In this document: one piece after another, positions 1-13,171 of the stretch
How the letters are laid out: each line of letters opens with the position of its first letter
Position numbering within the stretch: position 1 is the first letter of the stretch
NCBI GenBank assembly: GCA_030265395.1
Contig: JARFYF010000046.1
Location: forward strand, 23,136,391 to 23,199,197
Reading direction: 5' to 3'
DNA: 62,807 bases
Origin: Rhina ancylostomus
Taxonomy: Eukaryota
The notes under the pieces: model-generated
The model's database searches: none
Told to the model about the DNA's origin: nothing
The model's input: the letters and a program-made list of their open reading frames with translations, nothing else
Position numbers and translations under genes: made by a program

Positions 1-3000
1 TACAGGCCTGTGGAGAAACTCCATCTCCCTCCGTCTTCAACGTCTTCGGGTTGGGAGAGGGGACATGGATAGGTGAAGTCTTTGGGAGCCTCCAATAACG
101 CGGCAGTGTTCGGTTTCCCAGCTCGTTGCTCGTAGAGATTATTCTTGCAATTACCATGATACCTGATGCGCATTGGAAGGATTGTTTTACATTTGCACGC
201 TCATCTGTCGACAGCATGGACTGCAGACAGGGCGCCAACACTTAGCGGGGCCCTTGAGTAGAGCGGGTGGATGGAGACCATTTGAAGTGTAACATAAAAC
301 GCCGCCGTGTCGGCCATTGGTTAGTTGGGTGCGGTGGGTCAGTCTGGATAGTTGAGGCGGGCTGGGTGTGGGAGCTGGGCACTGATTAAATGGAGCCGTG
401 TGGGCATGTAGATACAACCGGCCAGAGTACCGATGGCACACTGGCTCAAATAATCTGTATTTGCTGTTCAGAACTGAACAAATCCCCTTCTTCCTCCCCA
501 CGCCTTCCACTGAGACCTGGGTGGGGTTCAGTGCTGTTCGTGTCCCGATAACGTTGCGCTGATTTTCCGCTTTAGTGTATTTCCGAAAGGCGGGGTGGGG
601 ACAGACAGCCGCCGTCACGTGTAGCAGTTCAACAAGAACTTATAGAATGGCCAGCATTAGCTTTATGTAGCTTTCTACTTATTAACCAAACAGTGTACTT
701 AATAATTGTGCTAAAGTCAGTTTACTTAATGTAAAATGGATAATTTCTGTGCTGTTAATTTTTGTCCGCCCCGAGGAGTTGCGTTTTCTTAAACGGGAGC
801 CTTCACATTCCATTCACTGGTGTCAAATGCACAAACGCTAACGGCTGATTTGCAGCTGACTTCACCGAAGAACAAATGACCAGAGTTACTGAATTGTGTT
901 ACCGTGCTAGGCCAATAGAACTGGACCGCCAAGGGTTAATATTATTTTAAAATGCCCGTTAGCGCTTTGAACGACAGCGGTTTTCATGGTGGCATGCATG
1001 GAATCAGAAATCAGAGACTTGAGTGCGGCTCCTCGGGTAACGCTGTGACATTTTATGCATTGTTTGCACACTGAACTCTCAAACTTCCAATCAATCCATT
1101 TTCACCCTGCTACACACGGATACCCAGAACCTGCAAAAATGGCGCGCTTTGGGATTATGCTTTTGGAAACAATTGCGGGTGGCTCCATTGCGTAATAGCA
1201 GACTGCGGATTGTTCTTTATCTCAGGAACCCGATGAGTCAGTTTGTGCTCATTCTGCGAGGTAACGTGAAGAGATTATGAAAGCGGTCCTGGATCTTTGG
1301 AGCTCGGCTGTAATTCAGCTCGTCGCGCCGCGTTCCAAGGTTCGCCATCCGCAAACACAATTTGTTCCCTAGACTTTAATTTAAGACCACAATATAAATG
1401 CTATCGGCGCACTGTCAGTCACAGCAGAGGGCATTGGCAAGGAATTTTTAAGCATTATTTGGAGGTGATTTCACAAGTGTGTGAATTATTTTGTAGAGCG
1501 TTCTCTAAAGGGTTGTCGGGGGGGGGGCTTGGAGAGGGAACTTTGTCATATGAATGTTGTGCAACTTTTTCTTTTCCCCTCCCTGCTGTTGGATTCTCGG
1601 ACCTGGTACCATCCAACCCCAGCATCACACCCATCCTCGGGGACTGAAGGCGTGCGCCCCCGTGCCACGTCTTGGTGCTGCGGTGGCCCGCTCGGGATGG
1701 CTTTGCAGCTGCCCAGATGCCAAACAGCCGAGCCGAGGCCATGGGCAGTTTGGGAATAAGGACATACATTTGTACTCCGGGCGTGTAGTGTACCAGCCCC
1801 AGCCCCCCCCCCCCGGGCCAATCCCTCTACAATGCGGCGCAAGGGAGGGGGAGTGTGGGTACCAGCTGGTGGGAGGAAGGGAAACTGCACAGAACTAGTC
1901 ACTGATGCCGTGTCTGACTCCGAGACCCGAGGGAGCCGCGGGATTTCCATCCATTCTTCGCCCACTTAATGTTTCTCTCCTGGTTCGGTCTCTGGGTTAA
2001 AGTGTTCAATAGTTTAGTCACTCGCCGTCACCTGTTCGAGCTTTGATCGGTATGGTGCTCTTTACCAAAATGTCATCACTTGGTTTTAAGTTTTTTTTTC
2101 TCTCTAATATATATGATTGTGATTTATAATTGCAAACTTTCAAATACCGACACTCGTGGAGATTGCAGCCTTAAGACTTGCTGTATCCATTCCTTGTGTA
2201 TTTTTCTTCTTATCGTCATCCGCCTCACCCCCTCACCCCGCCCCGACCCCCCCCCCCCCAAATCTAATTTGTCCAAGATATATGACATATTTCTGTCAAC
2301 TGAGCCTTTGTTCTAGTCACGGCGCCGGGACAAGGCAGACCTTGTCCAATGGAAGTGGATTGGTGTTTTTAAACTGCCTCTGGACCGATGCTGATCATAA
2401 CTTTTGATTACAGTGAGAGGTAGACCAGGGCTGATCTGCTGTGAGCCGGTAGGATTCCCGTGATCCACGCCTGCATTAATCCATTGGCAAAGTGTGGGAC
2501 ATCCGTGGTCAATCTCCATTGCCTACTTTCTAATTTGATTCGGTAGTGGAAGTACCCCATTAACAGACAACTCCTTGCTGGCAGGAGTACCCTGTTTTCG
2601 CATAACTTGGAGGTAGAAACTTATGGAATTAATACTTTGGATGGAAGTTGCACCTCGACGTCCATTCCAGTTTAAAATGTTGGCTTTATCTGTCGACGTA
2701 AATGGCATTGACTTTTTTTTCCCCTAATTGTACATCCAATCCTGCTGCTGCTTACAAGAAACGTGTTTGCACCATGAAGTGTTAAAAGTATATGCTATAC
2801 TAACTTCATACAAAAAGTTACTTATTCGGGAGTATTGACTGGATTTTAGGCTTCCTAGCATGATGTGCGTGTAGGAAAAATATTTTTTAAAAAGACAATT
2901 AGTAAGTATACAGTTATTAACTATGCAATTGCAGTGATGAAAACGTGGTAAAAGCCTTATTTCTTGAAACAGTAACCGGTAATTGTCAGTTATTTAAACT

Positions 3001-4400
3001 GTTCGTAGCAAATTGTACCCCGTCCTGCTGAATAATTGCGAGGGCTGCTGTCGTGAGGTGTGAATCGTGGCCCATTATCGCACATGGTTAAATCCTAATA
3101 TATTTCCTAAACAACACTAGCTTAATGCAGGCTCTTTTTGCAGACTGCATTCGAAAACACTACTTTGCACAATACTTACCATAGAAAAGTTGGATAATCA
3201 AATGTAATGCAGGTATTATGCTTCTGGCCTGGAGAAGAACTCTTCTCCAGTAACAAGCGAGCAAATGCATGAATAATGGTTTGGGAATTCGAGCAAAATG
3301 CAGATGAGTAATATTGCCTATGTTTGGNNNNNNNNNNNNNNNNNNNNNNNNNNNNNNNNNNNNNNNNNNNNNNNNNNNNNNNNNNNNNNNNNNNNNNNNN
3401 NNNNNNNNNNNNNNNNNNNNNNNNNNNGAGCAAAATGCAGCTGAGTCATATTGCCGATGTTTGGGTGGTCACCATCTGCCGGCGTCCGCACCTGGTGGTA
3501 GAACTCGTCACCTACCTGACGCTCCCTTTTTTTGGCTCTCCCTTAGCCTTCTGATAGCGAACAATAAACTGGAAACCTATGGAACCTGGATCTATGAAAA
3601 TAGTGCGTAAACCATATTGAGGCAAACCGGTTTTCAGAGGCTCTCCGTGTTCCTAACAAGAAATGACCATTACGAACCTCTTGGGTTGGGTGGGCATCAA
3701 ATTTAAAGGGCTTGAGGTCAGACAGAACCAGATGGGCAGGAGAAACAAGGCGCTGCGTGTGCACCCAGAGAGTGTGTGTGTGTGTGAGTGTGTGCGCGTC
3801 TCTAATGATCGAAGACTTAAACATAAACAGGATTTCTTTGTAGGACTTGAACTTTGATTCCAAATTATACACGTGAAAGCATTATTTCCAACGAGGAAAC
3901 ACAACCAACAGGACGGGAGGAAAGCTGGCGTCGGTGCTGGCTGCATCTGCCGACCGAAGACGAGTTTTAATTTGGAGAAAACTGTAGTCGTGCCCGCCTT
4001 CAACTGTGTCAACGTAAACTGTGTAAGAGTGTGTGTGTAAAACGTGTAACCGGGAGAACAATGTTGCACAAGGAATGTTTTGCCTTTAACCCCCACCCAT
4101 GCCTTAAAATAATGCTTCCACTATTTAACAATGTAAGAGTGTACACCTGTTGTAAATTTATTTGTTGTTTGCGGTTAGTAATGTTTGAATCACCCCCTGT
4201 CTGGAGTAGAGGGAGTGAATGTTCGGAACGAGACTGTATTCTGTACGCGTTTGAAACTTGACATTGGGAACCATGTGATGTAATGGGGGAAAGACAATCT
4301 GGAAGAGAAATTTGCAATATTTGCAAGTTTGCTTTCTTTCAAAGTGACGTCACACTCGGATTATATTATTTAAAAAAAGACTAATAAAATCACTTTTACA
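1..4400. promoter_or_regulatory. CpG-rich island-like regulatory block, associated gene unknown
   Basis: CpG is visibly more frequent than in the CpG-depleted flanks. Motifs: GTCACGTG E-box (614-621), YY1-like AAAATGGCG (about 1136), TGAGTCA (1233 and 3442), CRE palindrome GTGACGTCAC (4344-4353), and G/C runs. Confidence 0.5.
3772..3794. repeat. (TG)n microsatellite
   Basis: gtgtgtgtgtgtgtgagtgtgtg. Confidence 0.7.
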
Positions 4401-6534
4401 GATGGTACCCGTCTGAAACTTTCATCTCTGCCCAAAGATACAATCCTGCTAAGACCAGTCGGTCATTTTTAAAATGCTCATGGCAGCATCTGCAAAGAAA
4501 AGAACATTAGGAAGTTTTGGTAATGTTTTCATTTGAACTTTGGCCATCACAACAACAACTCTTACAGATGCTGACCATTTAATTTGTGGGTGTGCCATTT
4601 CAAGCTTTTGTCNNNNNNNNNNNNNNNNNNNNNNNNNNNNNNNNNNNNNNNNNNNNNNNNNNNNNNNNNNNNNNNNNNNNNNNNNNNNNNNNNNNNNNNN
4701 NNNNNNNNNNNNNNNNNNNNNNNNNNNNNNNNNNNNNNNNNNNNNNNNNNNNNNNNNNNNNNNNNNNNNNNNNNNNNNNNNNNNNNNNNNNNNNNNNNNN
4801 NNNNNNNNNNNNNNNNNNNNNNNNNNNNNNNNNNNNNNNNNNNNNNNNNNNNNNNNNNNNNNNNNNNNNNNNNNNNNNNNNNNNNNNNNNNNNNNNNNNN
4901 NNNNNNNNNNNNNNNNNNNNNNNNNNNNNNNNNNNNNNNNNNNNNNNNTTCTATATCAATCAATGGATGCAGTAGATCAAAAGATCAAGCTGGGCTGGCT
5001 GGTGAATTCGGCCACACTGCTGCTTTGATGTCCCGATGGAGGAAGGTGGATAATTCAGGGTGTGGAGCCTGAGTGGCAGGAAGCATGAATGGTAATGCCA
5101 GTGCCAGTGCCAGAGTTGGTGGAATAGGGATTGGCCAGCAGGAGACGGGGACTGGGAGGTCTTGAGGCCACCTTTACAATGGTAATTTTAAATCTATGAT
5201 GCCACGCTGAGATTATTGGACTATTTAAAATCAAAATACTGCAGATGCTGAATTGCCGACTAGTTAATTACTGCAATGAGATAGTGATCCCATGAATAGA
5301 CATTGAAAAGAATGGTTCTGTGTTCTCTGGAGTTTAGAAGAAAGATTGAATTGAAATGCAAAAAATTCCTCTGAGATAAAAGGTTGGTTTCAGTGCTTGA
5401 AGGATTAGCATTTTCAGTTGTTGACTATCTCAGGAGAAAGTCACGAGAACCTCATTCATTCAGGGATTTGTAAATCTTTGGAATTCTTTTGCCCTGGATG
5501 GCTGTTGATGCTTTGCTGTTGAGTGTGTGCAGGATGCTGACTGAAGTTTTCAGACACTTAAGGGTATGGAGGAATATGGAGATGTACTGAGAAAATGGAG
5601 TGGAGGTAGATGAACTGTAACCTTGCTGAGTGACCCAATGCTTTTACTGACGAGATAACACTGTTCAGCAAAAACACAAGGAAATAGGAGTGAGTTAAGC
5701 TGCTCAGCACCTCAAGCCTGCCTCACTGTTCAATGTGATCATGGATGTCTACCATGGGCATCAATGCATTCTCTCTGCCAGTTCCTCATGGCTCTCAAAC
5801 CCCTAATCGTGCAAGGATGGGATATGGTGAGTGTGGCAGTACAGAAATGGATAGAGTGGGCAAAATCTAGAGGGAATGGAGAGGAGGAGAGACTGAAAGG
5901 ATTGGAATGGTCATTTCTGCAGGTGGCAGTAGTATGAGAAGTTTTCTTTTCATCAGATGGACTGAGCTAAAGCTTGTGATGTTCGTGTGGGTAATAGGGG
6001 AGATTTGTGATGAGGTGGAGACCAGTTTGGAAGGTCTGCTCAGGAGTTAATGGGTCCGAAAGACTTGCAGTGGATTAGTTTGTTCAAAGATAGCATCTGG
6101 GAGAGCTGAATGTGGTCTGTAAGGTAGCACCAGTGGCAAGAATGAGGCATTATCATTGTTGTCCAATGTTAGCACCTGAATGGTACAACTACTCAAAAGC
6201 TACTAGAGTTGAACAAAACTGAAGCTGTATGTTCAGTTCCTGATGAGGAAAAGAATAGAAGTTAAGGTAGGAGTACTTGTTCTGTGGATGCATTGGTTTG
6301 AAGTAGATTTACTGTTCTTCAAATGACTGACCCCAAATCAGGAACCCATCTGAGGTTCAAGTTCTATTTCGCTCTTAAATGGCTTAAATTTCCTTCTACT
6401 TGCATGTTAGGGTCCATTTTCTTTTCTCTTAATTTGTTCTCTGAATGTTTAATCATTTTCTATCCAATCAGTGTGAATGTACTAAATATGACAGAAGAAA
6501 GCTGAATTCAAAACTATAAGAAAAATATTTTTCT

Positions 6535-6540
6535 TTTATT
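6535..6540 (-). terminator. Candidate RASL10A polyadenylation signal AATAAA
   Basis: AATAAA on the minus strand about 90 nt after the stop codon. Confidence 0.4.
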
Positions 6541-6631
6541 TTACAGTTTTCTATTTTGTCCTTAAAATTGATTTCAGGAAAACTAAAGAACAAGCATACC
6601 GATTCAACATAAATGGGAAATCTGAGCAGTG

Positions 6632-6902
6632 TTACATGACATTGCATCTGTTTCTTTGCAGTGCCCCTTGGATGCAAATAGATGGGTGGACGTGTTTACA
6701 GCTTCGGCCCACGCTGCTGCTCAGGAGTTCTTTAAACAGAAGTAAAATGTGCCAGTTGTATCTAGCAGAACACTCAATGTAGCCACACTTCCACAGCTTC
6801 TTCACCAGGACACTTGTACTCCTCCGTGGAGTGAAACGTTGCTTTTGTAGGTCCCTCTTATTTCCAACAACGATAACTGGTACTTGCTTTGTGCTTGGCA
6901 CC
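6632..6902 (-). CDS. RASL10A: RASL10A coding exon 3
   Basis: Encodes [22 protein letters not shown]...[24 protein letters not shown]...[12 protein letters not shown] then stop. Contains G4 NKRD, G5 SAR and CAAX (CNVM). CAG acceptor at 6903-6905. Confidence 0.93.
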
Positions 6903-7581
6903 CTGGCAAATCACCAGAAATTAGTAAATGCAATACCAATGTCTAAGACCTCTTGCCATCACAGCTCTCAAAAGCTGATGGCTGAACTTCCATTTGGAAA
7001 ATGGCCTCCTGTTACAGATGTGCTTCTAGCACNNNNNNNNNNAATAAATATTGGCATAACCTTTAGCAGGTGTCGCTGGATACAAATAGGTGCTGAAATC
7101 TTGACAGCTTGGAAGGTCAACTAATGTATCCATAAACAGCACGATATCCCTCCCACCATAAAGTCATTAAGAATGTGATTACACAGCATCTCATATCCTC
7201 TGAATATTCTCATTTTCTTTACAGGCAATGACTTGCATTCTGTCAATTTTGTTGGCAAATTTAATCATTTTGTGCATACAAGTTCCCAAAACAGCAATTT
7301 ATTGTTTGATATTTTTAGGGGTTAGATGTTGACCAGAACACCTTAACCTCCTCTTCAAGAAAAAAGAACCATTGTTCAGAAGGTCTTGGTTATGGATTTG
7401 AGCTGCAAGACAAATCTCTGGTTTATTTTTAAATGTAGGCATAGCTCTTGATGTTGGTCAGGCGATGTTGATAATTGGGATATGTGTGAAAGACTTTGGT
7501 AAAGGAATTTAAGGGACCTGATTGGGGGACCCCATTTCACAGGGAATGTGTGCCCAGTTCATGTGCATCCATGGCAAGTAA

Positions 7582-7975
7582 ATTGGTTTATCATTGTCAC
7601 GTGCTGAGGTACAGTGGAAGCACTTGTCTTCCATACTGTTTGTACAGATCATTTCATTACAACAGTGCATTGAGGTAGTACCAGGTAAAACAATAACAGA
7701 GTGCAGAATAAAGTGTCACAGTTACAGAGAAAGTGTAGTGCAGGTAGCCAATAAGGTGCAAGGTCATAATGAGATAGATGGTAAGGTCAAGGCTCCATCT
7801 TATACTGGCGACTGTCCAATAGTCTTGAACAACTTCTATCCTGCTATTATTTGAGCCTGGTGGAATGTGCTTTCATGCTTTTGTATCTTCTGTCCAATGG
7901 GTGAGAGGGAGAAGAGAGAAAGTCTGGGGTGGAAGGGGTCTTTGATTATGTTGACTGCTTTACTGAGGCAGTAAG
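7582..7975 (-). mobile_element. Rex1/Babar-like LINE 3' fragment
   Basis: Reverse-complement homologue of the 9330-9707 and 11808-12082 copies. Confidence 0.65.
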
Positions 7976-8559
7976 AAGTACCAATTACACTCCGTCTCCT
8001 TGGCTGAAGGAGGAGAAGTTATTTCATAACCAGCTGCCTGTAGTAAAGCAGACAATAATGTTTTTCCTCAAACAACTGTAGTGTTGCAATTTGTTAATGG
8101 AAAATGTACAATAACAATTCCAGCCACATGGGTTATATCATCCTGCAATTCAAACTGTTTGTCAATTTATACCGAGCATACCATGTTAGAATAGATTTTG
8201 TGTACAACTTTATTAAGTTCATTTAATTGTGTTATTAGCTAGGAATGAAGAACCTTATTCTCAATGGGATCTACATTGATAAACGTTTCAGAACATAGAA
8301 ATACCAATCACTTGAGCAAGGTAGTGTCAATTTGCAATATCATTTAGGCAAGGAGTGCAGAAAATTGCAGGATAANNNNNNNNNNCTTTTTCGGTGTACT
8401 TTCTCATCAGCAGAATTAGACCTGTCAGTGTAAGAGATGGACTGAGCTGCTGGAATCCCTTGAATAATCTGTTGTGATGTCTGATGCATGACATTGCCCA
8501 GTTAAACTAATAAGGAAAAGTTGGTGACATCAGATGAAAAGCAAGTGAAAACAGCATCG

Positions 8560-9130
8560 TGCTACAGTTGTACAGCACAGAAATGGGCTGCTGTGGCCCT
8601 GCCCCCCCAGGTCCATGCCAACCATTATGTCCATCTCAGTGCCTCTGCCTCCTTTGCTCCAAGGGAAACAAATCCAGCCTTTCCAATTCCTCCCCATAAC
8701 CTAAGTCATCCAGTCCACCCTGGTGAATCTGCTCTGCACTCTCTCCAGTGCAACCATATCCTCCCTCCCGTGTGCCAATTGGCCCAGTGTTTTGTAAAGT
8801 TGCAACATCTTGTCCTAATTTCTATATTCTGTGCTCTCGCCTGTAAAGACAAACATTCTCCACCTCATTTCTCTCTGCTGCCACTTTCAGGGAATGCTAG
8901 ACTTGAACCCCAACATCCTTTTGTTCATCAATATTCCTTAGCACCCTCCCATTTACTGTACATATCCTTTCCCTATTTGACATTCCAAAATGCATAACCT
9001 CACGTGTTGGGATTAAATTTTATCTGTTAATGCTTTGCCCAATTTTCCATCTGATCTACATCCTGCTGTAGCCTTAGACAACCCTCCTTGCTCTCTATAA
9101 CAGCAGTAATGTTTGTATCATCTGCATTCA
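8560..9130 (-). mobile_element. Decayed CR1-like LINE fragment
   Basis: Resembles other CR1 copies here (e.g. ctggtgaatctgctctgcactctctccag versus 21497 and 18877). Confidence 0.55.
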
Positions 9131-9329
9131 TACCTCCTACATTCAATCATAGTTGCATAGCACAATGGAACCAACTCAGTCATTTACAAAATCGATGATT
9201 CACATCCAATGTGAATTTGCATTCAGCTGCTTATTCTCAAGAGTCCTGCAGAATTTTGGCAGGGCTGCTAGATATTATTTTGTTCTTCTCCGGGGCCACC
9301 CAAGAACATAAAACTCTCCCTGTCTTGGT

Positions 9330-9707
9330 GAAGCAGCCAGCATAATCAAGGCTCATTCTCTCTTCTCTTCCATCGGGCAGAAGATACAGGAGCCTGAAGG
9401 CATGTATCACTAGGCTTAAGGACAGCTTCTACCCCACTGTGATAAGACTATTGAACAGTTCCCTCATACAATGAGATGGACTCTGACCTCATGATCTACC
9501 TTGTGTGACCTTGCACCTTACTGCACTGCATTTTCTGTAACTGTGACACTTTGTACTGTTTTTATTTTTACTTGTACTACATCAATGGACTCTACTAACT
9601 CAATGTAACTGCACTGTGCAATGAATTGACCTGTACAATCGGTATGCAAGACAAGTTTTTCACTGTACCTCAGTACAAGTGACAATAGTAAACTAATACC
9701 AATACCA
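9330..9707 (+). mobile_element. Rex1/Babar-like LINE 3' fragment
   Basis: Decayed ORF end PSGRRYRSLKACITRLKDSFYPTVIRLLN, followed by a 3' UTR and an (AATACC)n tail. Confidence 0.7.
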
Positions 9708-10380
9708 GTTTCCTCTTCTAATGGTCAAAACAGTCCACTGACACAAGGAGATGCAACCCAGGTGTCTGATGACCAGACAACAGCAATGGTCAGTCCCAGC
9801 CAGATACATCAGCAGAGATCAATTAGAACCAGCTAGTAGTATGTAGTGCAAAGAGCTTGTCCGCATCTAACTAAGGTGTAGCTGTAGCAGGTATTGGCAA
9901 GCAAGGATGAACTGGGCAAAAAGCAAGGAGCGGCACAACACGGGAGATCAAAGGCTTCAATTATTTTCCACCAGATACTTTGTTAGAAGAGGTGAGTGCC
10001 CTGTCTCTGTGGGAGCTTTGAAGCCCACCAGACAAGTGGTCAAACGGCAGTGGAAGCAGAAAGCCATGAGATCAATGTCCGGTCTCAGGACTTGGACACA
10101 ACGAGTTCAATAAACTGATGTGAGTGGTCAAGGTCAGCAAGTGCACCTTCAAGTGTCGCGTCTCGCCATCCATTCTGAGTTTCAGATATCGTTTAATTTA
10201 CACCACTTTCAAAGTCAAACGAGTCAACAAGTCGAGGTTGTCATCTGCACAAGTACATGTATACATAGGTGCAATGAAAAACTTATTTGCAGCAGCATCA
10301 CAGGCACATAGCATCAGAGAAAGGATATGGACCAAACGCAGCAAATGAGATGAGTTCAGGTAGGCAACTTGGTGTGGATG

Positions 10381-10933
10381 GGAGTTTGTATGTTCTCCCT
10401 GTGTCTGCGTGAGTTTTGTGCCACATTCCAAAGATGTGCGGGTTAGGAATTGTGGGCATGTTAGAGGTGTACATAGAGCACGTACATAGAGGTGTACAAG
10501 ATAAGAGGCATAGATCGAGTGGACAGTCAGGGACTTTTTCCCAGTGTGACAACGGTGAACACAAGGGGACATAATTTTAAGGTGATTGGAGGAAGATACA
10601 AGGGGGATATCAGGGGTAAGTTTTTGGGTGCATGGAACGCGCTGCCTGCAGAGGTTGTGGGGGTGGATACATTAGGGACATTTAAGAGACTCTTAGATAG
10701 ACACATGAATGATGGAGAAATGGGGGGGTGCTATGTGGGAGGGTTAGATAGATCTTAAAGCAGGATAAGATGTTGACACAACATTGTGGGCTGAAGGGCC
10801 TGTGCTGTGCTGTAATGTTCTACATTGGTACTGGAATCGTGGCGACACTTGCAGGCTGTCCCCAGAACACTACGCAAAAAATGCATTTCATTGTGTGTTT
10901 TGATGTATATTTGACTAATAAAGATATCTTATC
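10381..10933 (+). mobile_element. V-SINE/HE1-like SINE split by a CR1 3' fragment
   Basis: 10381-10461 and 10821-10933 are contiguous in the uninterrupted copy at 45525-45700. Confidence 0.7.
10462..10820 (+). mobile_element. CR1 LINE 3' fragment
   Basis: ORF2 C-terminal remnant YKIRGIDRVDSQGLFP...TRGHNFKVIGGRYKGD...WNALPAEVV...FKRLLDRHM. Confidence 0.8.
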
Positions 10934-11428
10934 ATACAGCACAGAAACAGGTCCTTTGGCTCAACTGGTCCATGCCTCAAAGATCTCCTTTAAACTTGCC
11001 CCCTCTCACCTTAAAATCTACGGCTTTGAGTGTTTGACATTTCCACCCTGGGGAAAAAGACTTACTATCTACCTTATCTATGCCTCTCATAATTTTATAC
11101 ATTTTCAAATCAGGTCTCCCCTCAGCCTCTGACGCTCCAGCTTCTCCTTATAGCCAATCCAGGCAACATCACTCTGTACCCTCTCCAGAGCTTCCACATC
11201 CTTCCTATCGTGTGGTGACCAGAACTGCACGGAACACTCCAAATGTAGCCTAACTAACGTTCTATACAGCTGCAGCACAACTCGCCAAATTCTGTACTGA
11301 GGCTCCAATGGATAAAAGCAAGTATACCATATAGCTCTATTACCACCCTATCCACTTGTGTGGCCACTTTCAGGGAGCTGTCGACTTGCACCACAAGATC
11401 TCTCTGTACATCACTCCTCCTAAGGGGC
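10934..11428 (-). mobile_element. CR1 LINE fragment
   Basis: LQLYRTLVRLHLECSVQFWSPHDRKDVEALERVQ...RLRGDLI. Confidence 0.8.
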
Positions 11429-11429
11429 A

Positions 11430-11707
11430 AATTGGTAATGTGGTTTATTATCGGCACATATGCTGAGGTACAGTGAAAAACTTTGTTTTGCATGCTATCT
11501 ATACAGAACTTTCCACCACATCAGTCCACTGAGGTAGTACAAGGGGAAACAACAGAAAGTGGAATAAAGTGTTGCAGTTTCAGAGAAAGTGCAGTGCAGG
11601 CAGACGATAAGATGCAAGGTCATAACGAGGTAGACTGAGAGGTTGAGTCCATCTTAATAGTCATAATAAGTCTTATGGCAGTGGGACAGAAGCTGTCCTT
11701 GAGGTTG
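11430..11707 (-). mobile_element. Rex1/Babar-like LINE 3' fragment
   Basis: Homologous to 7582-7975; ends at an N gap. Confidence 0.65.
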
Positions 11708-11807
11708 NNNNNNNNNNNNNNNNNNNNNNNNNNNNNNNNNNNNNNNNNNNNNNNNNNNNNNNNNNNNNNNNNNNNNNNNNNNNNNNNNNNNNNNNNNNNN
11801 NNNNNNN

Positions 11808-12082
11808 ATAAGACTATTGAACAGTTCCCTCATACAAGGAGATGGACTCTGACCTCACAATCTACCTTGTTGTAATCTTCTTGTAACCTTGCACCTTATT
11901 GTACTGCACTTTCTCTGTAGCTGTGACACTTTACTGTTATTGTTTTATACCTGTACTACCTCAGTGCACTCTGTACTAACCCAATGTAACTGCACTATGT
12001 AATGAATTGGCCTGTACGATCGGTATGTAAGACAAGTTTTTCACTGTCTCTCGGTACAAGTGACAATAATAAACCAATACCA
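11808..12082 (+). mobile_element. Rex1/Babar-like LINE 3' fragment
   Basis: Closely similar to 9443-9707 (ataagactattgaacagttccctcatacaa...aaaccaatacc). Confidence 0.7.
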
Positions 12083-13046
12083 TTGAGGTAGGCGGAATGA
12101 CCTTTATCCGTGGGCCACGTCCAACCTGGATCTGAGATGCTCATCAGATCCGGGAGCAGACCTCTAAAACATTGTGTGAACTGTGAACCTCCATTCCCCG
12201 TAACCTCGGTGTTTATAGGATGCAAATCTTGCGCTTGCATCCTTCTGCGCTTTGTTTTCGTGATCTGCTCGATTGCACTAAGTGGAGGGCCGGCTATTCT
12301 CAGAGCCCTGCGGGTTGGCAGGTTAACTGGAGGCTGGTAAATATGCCCACGCGTGAAGGTGAGTGGCAGAAGTTAGAGGCGTTGATGAGAATAAAATGGG
12401 ATTAGTGCAAATGGGTAACGCCAGTGCGGCCTCGTTACGCGGAAGGCCCTGCTTTCGTGCTGGGGCACTCGATGACTTTCCCGCATGGAGCCACATACCA
12501 CTGACGGGGAAAGACCAAGGGCCATTCTCGGGACTCCCTTCCGCCCCCTCGTGGCCAGACGCAGGCGGCGCCGTCAGAGGCTGGAGCGGAATACAGAGGT
12601 CGGGAACAGTCGCAGCACTCAAACCCCCGCAACCCCAGCCTGTGGTTTAGTGTAGANNNNNNNNNNNNNNNNNNNNNNNNNNNNNNNNNNNNNNNNNNNN
12701 NNNNNNNNNNNNNNNNNNNNNNNNNNNNNNNNNNNNNNNNNNNNNNNNNNNNNNNNNNNNNNNNNNNNNNNNNNNNNNNNNNNNNNNNNNNNNNNNNNNN
12801 NNNNNNNNNNNNNNNNNNNNNNNNNNNNNNNNNNNNNNNNNNNNNNNNNNNNNNNNNNNNNNNNNNNNNNNNNNNNNNNNNNNNNNNNNNNNNNNNNNNN
12901 NNNNNNNNNNNNNNNNNNNNNNNNNNNNNNNNNNACGCCCGGTGACAGTACAGCAATTACAGAGACACGGGCGGACTGTCAGTTTGCAGGGGTTTAGGGG
13001 GCCTCCAACGTGAGAGGGAGACAGTACAGAGACGCACAATGCTTAC

Positions 13047-13171
13047 CTGACTTCTGCTATCTGCTGCCGAATCATTTTCACATACTCGAAACTATCGAAG
13101 CAGCAGATGTCGTACACGAGGACGTATGCGTTTGCATTTCTAATACCTCTGCATCTCGAGTCAGACCACTC
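13047..13171 (-). CDS. RASL10A: RASL10A coding exon 2 (125 bp)
   Basis: Encodes [41 protein letters not shown](R). Acceptor ttttggag|GAG, donor AG|GTAAGC. Not called in the ORF track. Confidence 0.92.

Noticed and set aside
187-2407. Cluster of overlapping 80-140 aa ORFs on both strands
   Set aside because: Expected by-products of GC-rich sequence, with no homology I recognise to GAS2L1, EWSR1 or other proteins.
4540-5072. Long ORFs made of X (also at 12435-13039 and 18413-18973)
   Set aside because: Artefacts of N gaps.
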